Assembly: GCF_000143415.4 (NCBI RefSeq)
Contig: NW_003314288.1
Location: forward strand, 1,302,056 to 1,366,055
DNA from: Selaginella moellendorffii
Taxonomy: Eukaryota > Plantae > Lycopodiophyta
Direction of reading: 5' to 3'
Length of the DNA stretch: 64,000 bases
The notes beneath the pieces are model-generated. The model did no database searches and was not told where the DNA came from. It was given only the letters and a program-made list of their open reading frames with translations. Every line of letters starts with the position of its first letter. Position 1 is the stretch's first letter. A program made the position numbers and the translations under genes. This document shows positions 34,800-45,439 of the stretch, one piece after another.

Positions 34800-36560
34800 T
34801 GTAAGTGATTAAATTTCCATTTTACTTTAGTCATTTAACCAAGTTTTTAACCCCTTAGAAAAATCTCACTCACAACCTCCATAAGTTTTCATTTGCCATA
34901 AGGTATTTATTATCCTCTAGATATGATTTCCAAATCATACTGACTTTACACATAGTCTAAGTGTTTTACATGTTTGATCCCACTTTAGACACCCAAAAGT
35001 ACCATTAATGCAAAGGTTATATTCATTCTTATCATCTTATTAGTAATCCAAGACTACTTGTACTATGGTCCTATCTTCCCAAAGATTGGGCCATCTGTGG
35101 TCATCCCGTGACCACATTTTAGTATCTTTAAAATGCCCCAAGATATAAGGAACACCATCCTCATAATATCCTTCTTTTAATCCCATAAAGTCCTTATTTA
35201 TTCATGGTAGTGCTTGATGGATTAGATTATATGAACAAACTTGGTGAGCAAAACATTTAACCATTGAGGAGTCTAAAGTTAAAGTGAACATGAATGGACA
35301 AGTGGGATGACTTGGTGAAATATTCAAGAGCTAGCTCTAGTTCCCTTGGGAGATTGAATAGACAATACTCCTAATTCAAATGGGTATAGATAGCACTACT
35401 TACTTAGATACTTTGTATAGCTTATCAAAACTTCATTTTGGCCACATAGCTAGGGTGAAAGGTGGGGGGAGTACTTATAAGACTTGTGTTTAGCTATAGT
35501 GTTTTGAAATGTTTGTTCTAAAATCCCAAACCATGGAAAAAAAATAAGAATGGTTTTCTTACATAGTGACCAAAGGTATATTCATGTGATAAAGAAGTCC
35601 CAAAAGTTAATAGAACTTATTGGTTTGGCCTTTGAGCCCTAACCCAATGGTGGTATTATGTAGCTGAAGAATGCAACCAACTCACTACGTGGTGTAGCCT
35701 TCCTAGGTCACACTAACCTTTCTTGGCTAAATTAATTCCACCAAAGTCTTCCCTCTATTATCCCATAAAAACTTACCAAACCCCCTAGGGCTTGTGAGAA
35801 AATCACTTTGGGCTTTCATCTTTAGACTCAGACTTAGACATAGACTCGGTTTTGGACTTGAACTCGATCTTGGTATTAGACTCAAACTCGGTTTTAGTCT
35901 TAGTCTCAATTTTAGTTTTGGTCTCGGACTTGGACTTGAACTCAAAGTTGTAGCGCACCTTATCTCTCTCCCCTTAAGCCAACTGGAAAAGGGGCAATTG
36001 CTTGATGAGAGAGCCCTTAGTGGCTATTTTATCCCCATTTATCCCCCAAGATTCCAAGGATCCACGGTGACAGTATATCTAAATCTCATCCCATGATCAC
36101 ATGCGCTACAAAAGTCAATCTTGATTTCAGTCTTGGTCTTGGCCTTGGTCTTGGTCTCAGTCTTGGTCTCGATTTTAGTCTTGGTCTCGATTTCAGTCTC
36201 CATTTCATACCTGGTCTCAGACTCCATCTCGGATTCGGCCTCAACCTCCATCTCGTACCTGATTTTAGATTCATTCTCAGACTCAATCTTGGATTCAGTT
36301 TGAGACTTGATCACAACACTTCTATATGTCATGACACTTGCCATGTGTCAGTCCTTTTTATATTCCTTTCTAGAAACTCACTTATCAATTACTTCGTACT
36401 CATTCCTAAAGCATTTCTTTTAGAGTTCCACCCCCATTCTCAACTTTTCAAGTTAGAGCTTTTAATTTAAATATATTACACTTATTGAACTTTTGTTTTA
36501 ACCATTGCTATTTGGCACACTTTTGTCTCCACTTTGGGGCTTAAGGATTTATGTTTTACA
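34800..36560 (-). mobile_element. Old solo LTR of the hexamer-satellite LTR family (homologous to 50213-52051)
   Basis: Termini TGTAA...TTACA. Collinear similarity to 50213-52051, including a decayed GACTCG/GTCTCG array. The flanks TCTAA and CCCAA could be a decayed 5-bp TSD. Confidence 0.8.
35949..36110. mobile_element. 162-bp mini solo-LTR/TRIM-like insertion nested in the satellite
   Basis: 9-bp inverted termini TGTAGCGCA...TGCGCTACA and a perfect 5-bp TSD AAAGT (35944-35948 and 36111-36115). Confidence 0.88.
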
Positions 36561-36599
36561 CCCAACAAAGGATCTACATTCCATTCACACTTAATATTG

Positions 36600-38800
36600 G
36601 GGTCATTTATTTTCCTCAATTGGTAGTATGAGTATCTAGAACTTGTCAAACTTTGAAGATGCACTATTGTAAAATGAAATTTCCTATTTGATGATTAAGC
36701 CTTATAGTTTTATCTGACTATAGGTATCTATACAGAATGCTTTGGCCAATACTACTACTCCATTTAAACATATATACAATCCTATTTCATAGACATAAGT
36801 TCTAAACACTCATAAAAAGAATATAGTAAATTTTAAAGTACGAACCTAACTATTAACTATGCAACCTCCCTTGTAATCTTGAGTGCCCAAATCAATGAAC
36901 GTATATGTACATTACCCCATATCCCATAGGGACTAAAACAACATCAAGAGTGCACTCTCACAATAAGAAATTAGCAAAATTATGAGTACAAACACATAAT
37001 GCTGCTCTTGGGCTATTCATTTCCTAGATGACTCTAATGCAAAATTTAAAGTCACGTATTATGCTTTGTGACACATGAGACTTGCTATAGGGCACTCCAA
37101 CACCAATGTGCTTCCGATGCTAAAATAGTGTTCAATCACGATTGAACTCCAACTCATAACTCCATATGAGGTGTGAATGTCCTCCAACTTAAGGTTGAAG
37201 CATGTTATCTTACTTCCCACATGAAACAAGTGCATTAGCTCATCTTTAAAAAAGTCCTATAGAAACTAGAGAAATACCACAAACCTCCTCAAGAACAAAA
37301 GCTCAAAAGTAAGCACTGGAGAAAAAATGTATGGATCCCCTATACATATAACACTAAATTACCTTTATCCACCACTAGCCCCAATTATGGTAGCAATCCC
37401 TACCACTAAATCCAAAAATCAATCCCTCAAAGTCCCACAAAATCAATCCAAAGCTAATAGCGAGCATAGTTTTCCACAAAACTAAGTGTTGGCATCACTT
37501 GTCCAGAAGCAATAGAATGTGTACCTCCACGAGTCCCTCGAACTCCCCATTAGGGACTTCAACCAAATGGACCCCAACGGACACAGACTTAGAGCTTTAG
37601 TTCGACTTTGGCCCCCCCCGCATTTGCTCTTTTCCAATTTTGAGCATGTCAAAATTGGACTCTATGGTTTTATAGAAACTAAATAAGTAAAACCTGGTTG
37701 ACAAAACTAAGTGTTGAACTCTATTGGGGTTCTGCGACCAAACAATGGAAGAACTAAAATGGGATTTAGCAAAATGGGAATGGAAGGACACATGTAATAG
37801 ATTCTTTTAGTACAAGACCAAACTTGGCTGAAAAGTCATATGCCCACTAGTACAAACCACATTTATCAAAAAAGTGAAAGCACAATAAATCCCATCCCAA
37901 AACCATCTACAATGCGTAAACAAGATTTGGAATGTCAAAACCCAATACTTTATGTGGCTTGCTTAGTAGAAATGCCTCCCCTCACTTGCGATAATACACT
38001 TCCCGAATACAACATGTAGTTTTACATAGCAAAAGAGATATAGCACCATATTCTATGGAAATGCTCAACTACACAAGAAGTTTGGGAGGGCTCAATAACA
38101 ATTCTTAAATGGACCTGTCAAAGTAGTACGGCTGTAACCTATGAATCAGCGCTATGAAGCAGCTTCCTACAAAGGGAAGACCAAACATCTAGATGCCTAG
38201 AAATTGAGACATAACGAGAACCCCTACTTCAATCAACTTAATCGAACATATACACACATTACACATCTTCATTAGGAGCTTTTTGATATCCTCAAGGGAT
38301 GTACTCTTGCAAAGATTTAGAAAGCCTATTCTGTTAGGATGCTTGATAATAAGAATCCCTCAGCTTGGTCGCACTTGATCATCGCATCCTAATTTAACAT
38401 GTTGATGTCTCTTCCTTTCAGTTGCTTACAATCCACCACACTTCTCTGCAAGTTTACACCCTCGTGAATGAAAACTGATACTCTACCCCTTAAGTCGAGC
38501 CCAACTAGTGGTAAACTAGACTTACCAAATGTCAATCTTAACATATGGTGTGATTCCCTTAACCAATCAATAAAATCGGATTTGAGACCTTTCTAATACC
38601 AAATGTAAACTCTTAAATTTAGAATTCTCAAGAAGTCACCTAACCCAATATTATTCAAACCCAAGGATGCTTAATCTCAAGTATCCCAAAATTATTAATC
38701 AATTAGAAAAGAGGGTGCACTTTTATTCATGGGCCCTTTCCCTTATAGATCGTCACTTGAGTCATTCCTTTTGATTGTTTATGTTGAAACCAAACTTTAT
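36600..38800 (-). mobile_element. Highly decayed LTR retrotransposon remnant (possibly copia)
   Basis: Degenerate tRNA-Met PBS on the minus strand (ctttctaatacca at ~38589-38601) next to TG. Faint gag and RNase H-like (HRKHIGV) traces with many stops. Confidence 0.35.
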
Positions 38801-39873
38801 AGTTCTTTAGAGGTTGTTTTTCATATTTATCCTCTAAAAAACTATAAAGTCTAGTTTTGACATATTTAAAACTGGGAAAGAGTATAGAGGGGTGGTGACA
38901 AAGGAGGGATCAATAGAACTAGAGTCCTATTTTATGCAATGGAACTAAAGTTCAGTTCTATGCAACCTAGATCTATGCCATTTACTTCACAAACACATAC
39001 TCTTAATTCTTAGTGGACTTGAATCAATTGTGAAATCAATGGAGGTACAGCACCCTTGCTTAATCTCTATTTATATAGCACCTATAATTTCCTAAAGATA
39101 TAAAAAGCCCCTAAAGATGTACAGTTCTGAATCCCATGGTGTGGTGAACTTAAGAATGTATAACCTCTAGTAATAATGACGTTGTTGCTGCCTGAAAGTC
39201 CTCTCCTTACTGTTGTGCGACCGATCCCCTCCAATTGAGATTGCTATTTTTAGCCTCCCATCAGACTGTGCAAGTTCCAATTGGGATTGTTGTTTCCAAC
39301 CTCCCATCAGGCTATGCAAATGTGGTGCCACTCTGCCAATCCTACAGCCTTATACTAGTATAGCCATACCTTTAGTGCTATCTATATGGAATCATGACCA
39401 AAGGCAAGTTGCTCCTCTTGGATTCAGGTTGAAGTTACATAATCTAACAAATTAGCCTAATGTAGCCTTTAACATGAGTTGTGGCCCTCGAAACATCCTA
39501 TACATGTAAGTGGTATTGCTCCAAGTGCCTTGATCATGATGAATTCATTAGCACTTGGCTTTATCAATTTGGGTTTAATTATTTCCTATTGACAAAACCA
39601 AGTACTAAAGACTTGTTTCCAAGTCCTCTAGCAAGTAGGCAATCCCAAATCATGCTCTACAAACTCCTTATAGCACTATAATGAAACCTTAGCCACCACT
39701 CTTGTCCTTCAAGTGAAATCCCCTCCAAACACTTGTTTTACCTCAATAAAATATTAGTTACTACTAGATAACTATTGTTTGAGCATGCAAGGATTTTGGC
39801 ATAAAGAAAATCATATTATTTTAAACTTAAATTATTTCCCTACATGAATGAGTACAAAAACATTATATATCTA

Positions 39874-39914
39874 CCACGTGGAAGGTCATAATAAGAACTA
39901 TGGCTGTATATAAA
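39874..39914 (+). promoter_or_regulatory. G-box/ABRE (CCACGTGG) and TATA box (TATATAAA) of the orphan gene
   Basis: CCACGTGG at 39874-39881, TATATAAA at 39907-39914, ATG at 39951. The same ACCACGTGGAAG precedes pseudogene copy A (11444-11455). Confidence 0.65.
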
Positions 39915-39950
39915 GAGAGTGCTAGAAGTAAATTTTATTTAATCTTGATT

Positions 39951-40910
39951 ATGAAGAGTTTAGTATATGTCCTAACTATTACTATATTCATAGGAATGTT
40001 CATATATGTTTCTAGCATGACAATAAGGTATGCTAGACATCCAGGGCGATTCTCCATACCAGAAACAAGAAAGATTACAAGTGCTATTTCCTATGTCATC
40101 AGGTCCCTTAAAAGGAATTCATTCTATTCTACAGGGCGTAGCTTTACATACAATCCTACAGTTTCTAATAAGTATAAAGTTTCTATAAGGCTTTGGTTCT
40201 TTAGTATTGCTCCCTCAATGATCTCTGTCACTTGTTCAGTATCTCCAGACCCATCTATGGCCTTGCCTTCCAATTTCATGAAAGATGAGTATATGAAAAT
40301 CTTCAAAACTATATTTTTGGAGTCTCGAGTGAATGGCTATGGAACATTGTTAGTTATTTCAAAACTTTTGGGAATTGATTATATTTCATGGCCTATCAAG
40401 AAAGATCATGATGAATTGAATGCTAATAGTAACCACTGGAATGTTTCAGCAGCCCTTCCTCTTTATACTTTTTCAATTCAACCTCGAAGTCTTAACAGGA
40501 GCACTTTTATAATTCATGATTGGTATTCACAGTTAGAAGACTGCTGGCCTTTTGAGATGAGTATGATTAGTGGCTTTGAATCTTTGGGTTCCTTTGTTCT
40601 CGAACCATATACCTTTCAATCTAAGAGCCGACGTTATAAAGCTCATTTACAAGTCAATTGCAAATTTATTCTGAATGACTTAGATACGAAAGAAATGCTC
40701 TATGTAAGTCCCATTGATACAGATCCTCCATGCCCGTTGACTATAAATCCTCATGCAGCCATAAAGATTGGTGACTTAATTTTAATCGATATAGGAAAGC
40801 GCCTTTGCAAAGATCAATCTGATTGCATAATAACAACCGGATTATCTGTAGAAGAAGGTTATATTGGACTATGGGACACAGACGATGTGTGGGGCGGTCC
40901 TTTCAACTAA
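39951..40910 (+). CDS. Uncharacterised intronless secreted protein, 319 aa (orphan family, intact member)
   Basis: Uninterrupted ORF in AT-rich DNA. N-terminal MKSLVYVLTITIFIGMFIYVSS looks like a signal peptide. Six Cys, a TATA box just upstream, and two decayed paralogs in the window. No domain recognised. Confidence 0.8.
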   Translation: MKSLVYVLTITIFIGMFIYVSSMTIRYARHPGRFSIPETRKITSAISYVIRSLKRNSFYSTGRSFTYNPTVSNKYKVSIRLWFFSIAPSMISVTCSVSPDPSMALPSNFMKDEYMKIFKTIFLESRVNGYGTLLVISKLLGIDYISWPIKKDHDELNANSNHWNVSAALPLYTFSIQPRSLNRSTFIIHDWYSQLEDCWPFEMSMISGFESLGSFVLEPYTFQSKSRRYKAHLQVNCKFILNDLDTKEMLYVSPIDTDPPCPLTINPHAAIKIGDLILIDIGKRLCKDQSDCIITTGLSVEEGYIGLWDTDDVWGGPFN

Positions 40911-41189
40911 GTTAAGTCCCATGTGCAAGTGGACCGTCTTATTCATTCCACGCTCTTGAGCACCTCATAAGCGAAAGTTTTTCGTTCTCCAAATGAAGCA
41001 CCTGCACCACCAGCACATAGAAACTTATGTAACCGTGAGATCTGCCTAAAATTCAGAAGAAAACGGAGAAACGTTACTTGCTTACACTGTTAGTGAGTAA
41101 ATATCTCAGATCATGTTGATCCAGAGTAGCGACACTGCTATGAAAAAACTTTTGCAAACCGATTGTGAGCTGAAATAAGGGGGCTCGAC

Positions 41190-41424
41190 AAGAGCGCACT
41201 CGATCTGTCCAACTAGAAGAAATCCGTGCAAGCAGCTCATGGAGGCAAATTCGGCAGTGGCCAGCGCCAGTCCTGGATAAGTCCGTCAGCCCCACGCTTC
41301 TCGTACGATTGTGATCTGCAAGCAAACAGAAACGTAACTTCAAGCACTCTGGGTAGTTCGTCATAGCGAAAGATCATGATGTCCTGGCGTATGGGGCCAG
41401 GACCAGCGACAGCCACGCCATGTC
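41190..41424 (+). pseudogene. RRA pseudogene, 5' part (deleted copy of ~31850-32250)
   Basis: aagagcgcactcgatctgtccaac, gcagctcatgg, aggcaaattcggca, ggataagtccgtca, gatcatgatgtcctggcgta and ccacgccat all match the RRA gene in order. Confidence 0.8.
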
Positions 41425-41603
41425 ACCAATGTTCAAAGTTAAGGGTTGGAAGACAGTCCAGTTTTAAATAGGAGTTTTTAAATTTCTTACGGATGCTAGT
41501 TTTTCATCTTGCTCTCAGACGTGGATATTGACTCCCTCCAGATTGCCCTTACCACCGTCTGGTCAATCTCCAATTTAGATCCATGGTGGATCATGCCATA
41601 ATA

Positions 41604-43880
41604 TCAAACTGGGACTGAAAAAGCATTGGCCGTGAGAATGTATGCCATGTTGACCTTTGGGTCCAGCTCTGTGACATGCTTAGCAGCAAAGGCTCCCAAC
41701 TCAAGGTTGCCGTAGATTTTACACCCATTAAGCAAACAACACCACTCCAAAACTTCTGGAACAAATGGCATGCATGATGTCAACTCGCCAGCCTCACGCA
41801 AATGCCCTGCACGGCTCAAGAGATCAATCATGCAACTGTAGTGCTGTTTCAATGCTTGCAGCCCATAGTCAACGCTCATAGACACAAACAAGCATCTACC
41901 AACATAAACCTTGCCTACTTGGCTGCATGCCGCAAGGGCAGACATGAAGCAAATCTCATCCGGAAGAAAGCAATCGTCTCTCAAATTGTAAAATGCATCC
42001 AATGCTTCACTAAAGTTACCACTACAAACACAGCTGGCTAGCAACGAGCTCCAAGCGACCAAGCACCTCTCGGGCATCTCAAGCAAGAGCTTTCTACAAT
42101 GCAAGAGGTGGCCGGTTTGAGCATAGAGAGACAACATTGCAGTCCAGGAGGCTGTGTCCTTCCGTGGCATGTCGTTGAACACTTCCCTCGCTTCCAGTAG
42201 ATATCCATTTTGGGCATAAGTTGCAAACATCACATTCCAGCACACAACATCTCTGTCTTTCGGAGAGATTCTTTCAAACAAGCCCTTAGCATCTTCCACT
42301 TGTCCATGTTGGCCAAAGTTGAGAACCATGACTGTTGAAGAGACTGAATCTTGAAATGGCATTGTGTCGAAAAGCTGCTTAGCCTCTTCAAACTTGCCGC
42401 TTTTGGAGAAACTCGAGATCATTATAGTGCTAGACACAACATCCCACTCTGGCATTTCGTACTGGAAGATTTCCTTGGCTCTACTTATCATCCCTTTCTG
42501 GGCCTCTATTGAGAGTAATGTATTCCAGGAAATCCGATCCTTTTCAGGCATCATGTCGAAAACCCTTTTTGTTTCCTCCAAGTGCCCGTTTAGTGCATTT
42601 GCTGACAAAAGAGCATTCCACGACATTGTACTATGCTGTGGCATTTTTACAAACAGTTCTCTAAATTCCGACAGGTACTTATTTTGTGAAAGAGCTGACA
42701 GCATTGCATTTGCCGCCTCTATTGTCTTTTGTGGCATCATTTCAAAGATATTCTTTGCTTCATCCAGATGCCCGTTTTGGGCATAAGCACACAGTATAAT
42801 TGTCCATGAAACCAGATCGTGTTTTGGCTCGCTATCAAAAATCACTCTTGCTTCTTCGAACTTCTCGTCATGCACATACGCTGAAAGCATTGCATTCCAA
42901 GAAACCATTGTTCGTTCGGGCATAGCTTCAAAGATGATCACCGCGTTTTGCAGATCTCCGAGATGGGCACATGCAGAGAGCATTGCATTCCAAGCTACAA
43001 GATCGTGCTCCGGCATTGCTCTGAACGTTTCTTTAACAGCTTGTAACTCTTTGACCTGTAAAAATGCGTCCAGCAAGCACGTCCATGACACCAAGTTTCT
43101 AAACGGCATCTGATCAAAAGTTTGCTTGGCTAAGGAAAAGTTTCCTCTCTTCACATACGCAGTGAGCACTGCTGTCCACGATACGAGATCCCATTCCGGC
43201 ATGAGATCAACAAAACTTCTCGCAATTTCAACAGTTCCGTTCTGCACATACGCGTTGAACATAGCCGTCCAAGAGATTAAATCTCGTAGTGGCATCGTGT
43301 GAAACATTCTCTTAGCAAGAACAAGGTGCCCTGTTTGGGCATATGCAACAAGCATAGTGTTCCAAGCAACTAATGTTTGCCTTGGCATTCCATCGAACAA
43401 AATTTTAGCCTTTTCAAGAAATCCATGATGAACGTACGCGTCAATCATGCAGTTGCAAGCCACCGTATTTGCATCTGGCATCCTTGCAAAGGTATTTTCG
43501 GCTTCCTCTAGATGCCCAGCACGGGCATATGAGCTTAACATTGCAACCCAAGAAACAGTAGTTCTCTGAGGCATCGAATCAAAAAATCCCTTTGCATTCT
43601 CAAGGCTGCCATACTTTGAGTAAGCATTCATCATGAAATCCCAAGAGTAGACATCCCTGGAAACCATGCTATCAAAAACTCGTTTGGCGTGCAATGAGCT
43701 TCCACACCTCGTGTACATTGCGATGAGCTTGTTGCACAGGAAAACATCATCAGTTTTGGCACTGTTACTGGCATGCAGATCCTCAGCCAAAGCCAAGCTC
43801 TTGCAAGATTGAATGAGTTCTAGGCACTGGACTCTGTCCATAGTCTTCCAAGGATTTTCATGGATGGTAATTCCTTGCAT
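41604..43880 (-). CDS. PLS-class PPR protein with short E extension, no DYW (PPR3), 758 aa, intronless
   Basis: MYTRCGS, a long array of ~31-aa repeats, PDEICFMSALAACSQVG, HYSCMIDLLSRAG and PEVLEWCCLLNGC. It is clearly AT-richer than PPR1/2. Confidence 0.9.
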   Translation of the reverse strand: MQGITIHENPWKTMDRVQCLELIQSCKSLALAEDLHASNSAKTDDVFLCNKLIAMYTRCGSSLHAKRVFDSMVSRDVYSWDFMMNAYSKYGSLENAKGFFDSMPQRTTVSWVAMLSSYARAGHLEEAENTFARMPDANTVACNCMIDAYVHHGFLEKAKILFDGMPRQTLVAWNTMLVAYAQTGHLVLAKRMFHTMPLRDLISWTAMFNAYVQNGTVEIARSFVDLMPEWDLVSWTAVLTAYVKRGNFSLAKQTFDQMPFRNLVSWTCLLDAFLQVKELQAVKETFRAMPEHDLVAWNAMLSACAHLGDLQNAVIIFEAMPERTMVSWNAMLSAYVHDEKFEEARVIFDSEPKHDLVSWTIILCAYAQNGHLDEAKNIFEMMPQKTIEAANAMLSALSQNKYLSEFRELFVKMPQHSTMSWNALLSANALNGHLEETKRVFDMMPEKDRISWNTLLSIEAQKGMISRAKEIFQYEMPEWDVVSSTIMISSFSKSGKFEEAKQLFDTMPFQDSVSSTVMVLNFGQHGQVEDAKGLFERISPKDRDVVCWNVMFATYAQNGYLLEAREVFNDMPRKDTASWTAMLSLYAQTGHLLHCRKLLLEMPERCLVAWSSLLASCVCSGNFSEALDAFYNLRDDCFLPDEICFMSALAACSQVGKVYVGRCLFVSMSVDYGLQALKQHYSCMIDLLSRAGHLREAGELTSCMPFVPEVLEWCCLLNGCKIYGNLELGAFAAKHVTELDPKVNMAYILTANAFSVPV

Positions 43881-43903
43881 TTGCGATTGTCTCTAGAATG
43901 TTT

Positions 43904-44167
43904 TCATTTTAACGATGCTGTGATGTTTACAAGTGCCTTTACAAGCTCATCTGGAGTGGAAAAGAAGGGGCTGTGATCAGATGCAAGCTCTAGAACACCG
44001 TTGGGGGGATTGTTTTCCAAGAGATAATCTTGCATTGCCACGGGTAGCATCCCTTTGATGTAATAACGAGGAACACTTCCATACTTCTCTTGGGTGTACT
44101 CCACCCCGATTTCAGAGGGTGGCAACAAAGGATTTGGTTTGAGAAGAAGATTTCCTAGCTCCACATC
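43904..44167 (-). pseudogene. Orphan last exon of a methylesterase (MES/SABP2 alpha/beta-hydrolase)
   Basis: Acceptor ...aaacAG|GAT; [13 protein letters not shown]...[10 protein letters not shown]...NNPP..V.EL.SDHSPFFSTPDELV. The segment that normally holds the catalytic Asp after YIK appears deleted, and no upstream exons are present. Confidence 0.8.
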
Positions 44168-44225
44168 CTGTTTGAAGTTCAGTTTTAGTAGCGGGTCTAA
44201 AAGTTTTGCAGGATTTCACCTCGGA

Positions 44226-45437
44226 GGAACAAAGTTTCACATCCTGCGAGAGTTCCTCGTGCTGGGCTTGCCCTACCTCCACAACCCGTTCAAGTTCTTG
44301 CAGCGCGACTGCGACATGGAGGCCATGACCGACGGCCACACCAACGCCAACGCCTATGGATACAACGACGTGTTCGACGATCCAAAGATGGGCTGATCGC
44401 GGTACGCGCACACAATGAGGATCTGGGTGTTTAACTCGGGGCTGTTCTACTTGCGGCCCACGGTGCCTTCGATCGAGCTCCTGGACCGGGTGGCGACGAG
44501 GCTGGCGAGAGAAGGCGTGGGATCAGGCCGTGATCAATGAGGAGCTCTTCTTCCCGACTGATCTTGTGATTGATAGATACTTTTTTTTTTCAAACTATAA
44601 AATGAAGACACGTTCATTGGTACAGATCATGGCAAGAACATCATCAAACATACATCAGCAAGAAAATGGGAGGACAAGACCAATTTATTTGCTTTATCTT
44701 TTAGATTTTTTGTTTATCTAGAATATACTTAAATATTTTAGGATATTTTACCATCTAAGGTTATCATTTATTTAAATTAATCCTATATTTATAATTTATA
44801 AAGTTTCTTAAACACTTTCTAGTATATTCTAGTTTATTCTACCATCTAATAGTTGATATTCAATATGATAAATCTTGTGTTTATAAATTATAAACATGAT
44901 CAATTCAATTGATCAATAGGAATAATACTACTATTAAGCAAACTAAGCAATTGATCAATAGGAATAATATTACTATTAAGCAAACCAAACATTACTAGAT
45001 GCAAGGCATAACAAATTATTGAAACTATTATTGTAGAATCCTATATTAATTGAGATTAACACATATTATTTGAATCTTGGTTCATATTTTGATGAGTCAT
45101 ATGTCTTTAAATCAAAGACTATCAAGACAATATAATGATTGTGGCTTTTGCTTTATTGAAGAATGCTAATTTTGCTAACTATAGTTCTCAATTATGAAAG
45201 CTTGTGGTGTCTAGTGTGCTCTTGGTCACATACAACCCATTAACTATAGGTAAACATAAATATTATTAATTATATGTTTTTGGCATACATGCTATAAGGG
45301 ACTTGATTGCATAATAAGAGTTAAGACTCTTAGTGAAAGTTTTACATTTGAGTTATGGAATACATAAACTTAAATATTCTCACATCAAAGTTTTGGTTTA
45401 AGGGTTATGAGCTCTTTAGGAAACCATGCACCACTTT
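44226..45437 (+). pseudogene. RRA pseudogene, 3' part, plus duplicated downstream flank (copy of ~32254-33379)
   Basis: Near-identical [14 protein letters not shown]...DDPKMG with TGG->TGA at 44394-44396, a frameshift and internal deletions. The 3' flank stays similar up to catgcaccactt. Confidence 0.92.
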
Positions 45438-45439
45438 TT

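Noticed and set aside
39900-39950. Upstream in-frame ATG of the orphan ORF
   Set aside because: It lies upstream of the TATA box, and the signal peptide and paralog alignment begin at 39951.
11778-44167. Biosynthetic gene cluster (P450 + methylesterase + glycosyltransferase)
   Set aside because: The P450 and MES are isolated fragments, and RRA is a cell-wall enzyme.
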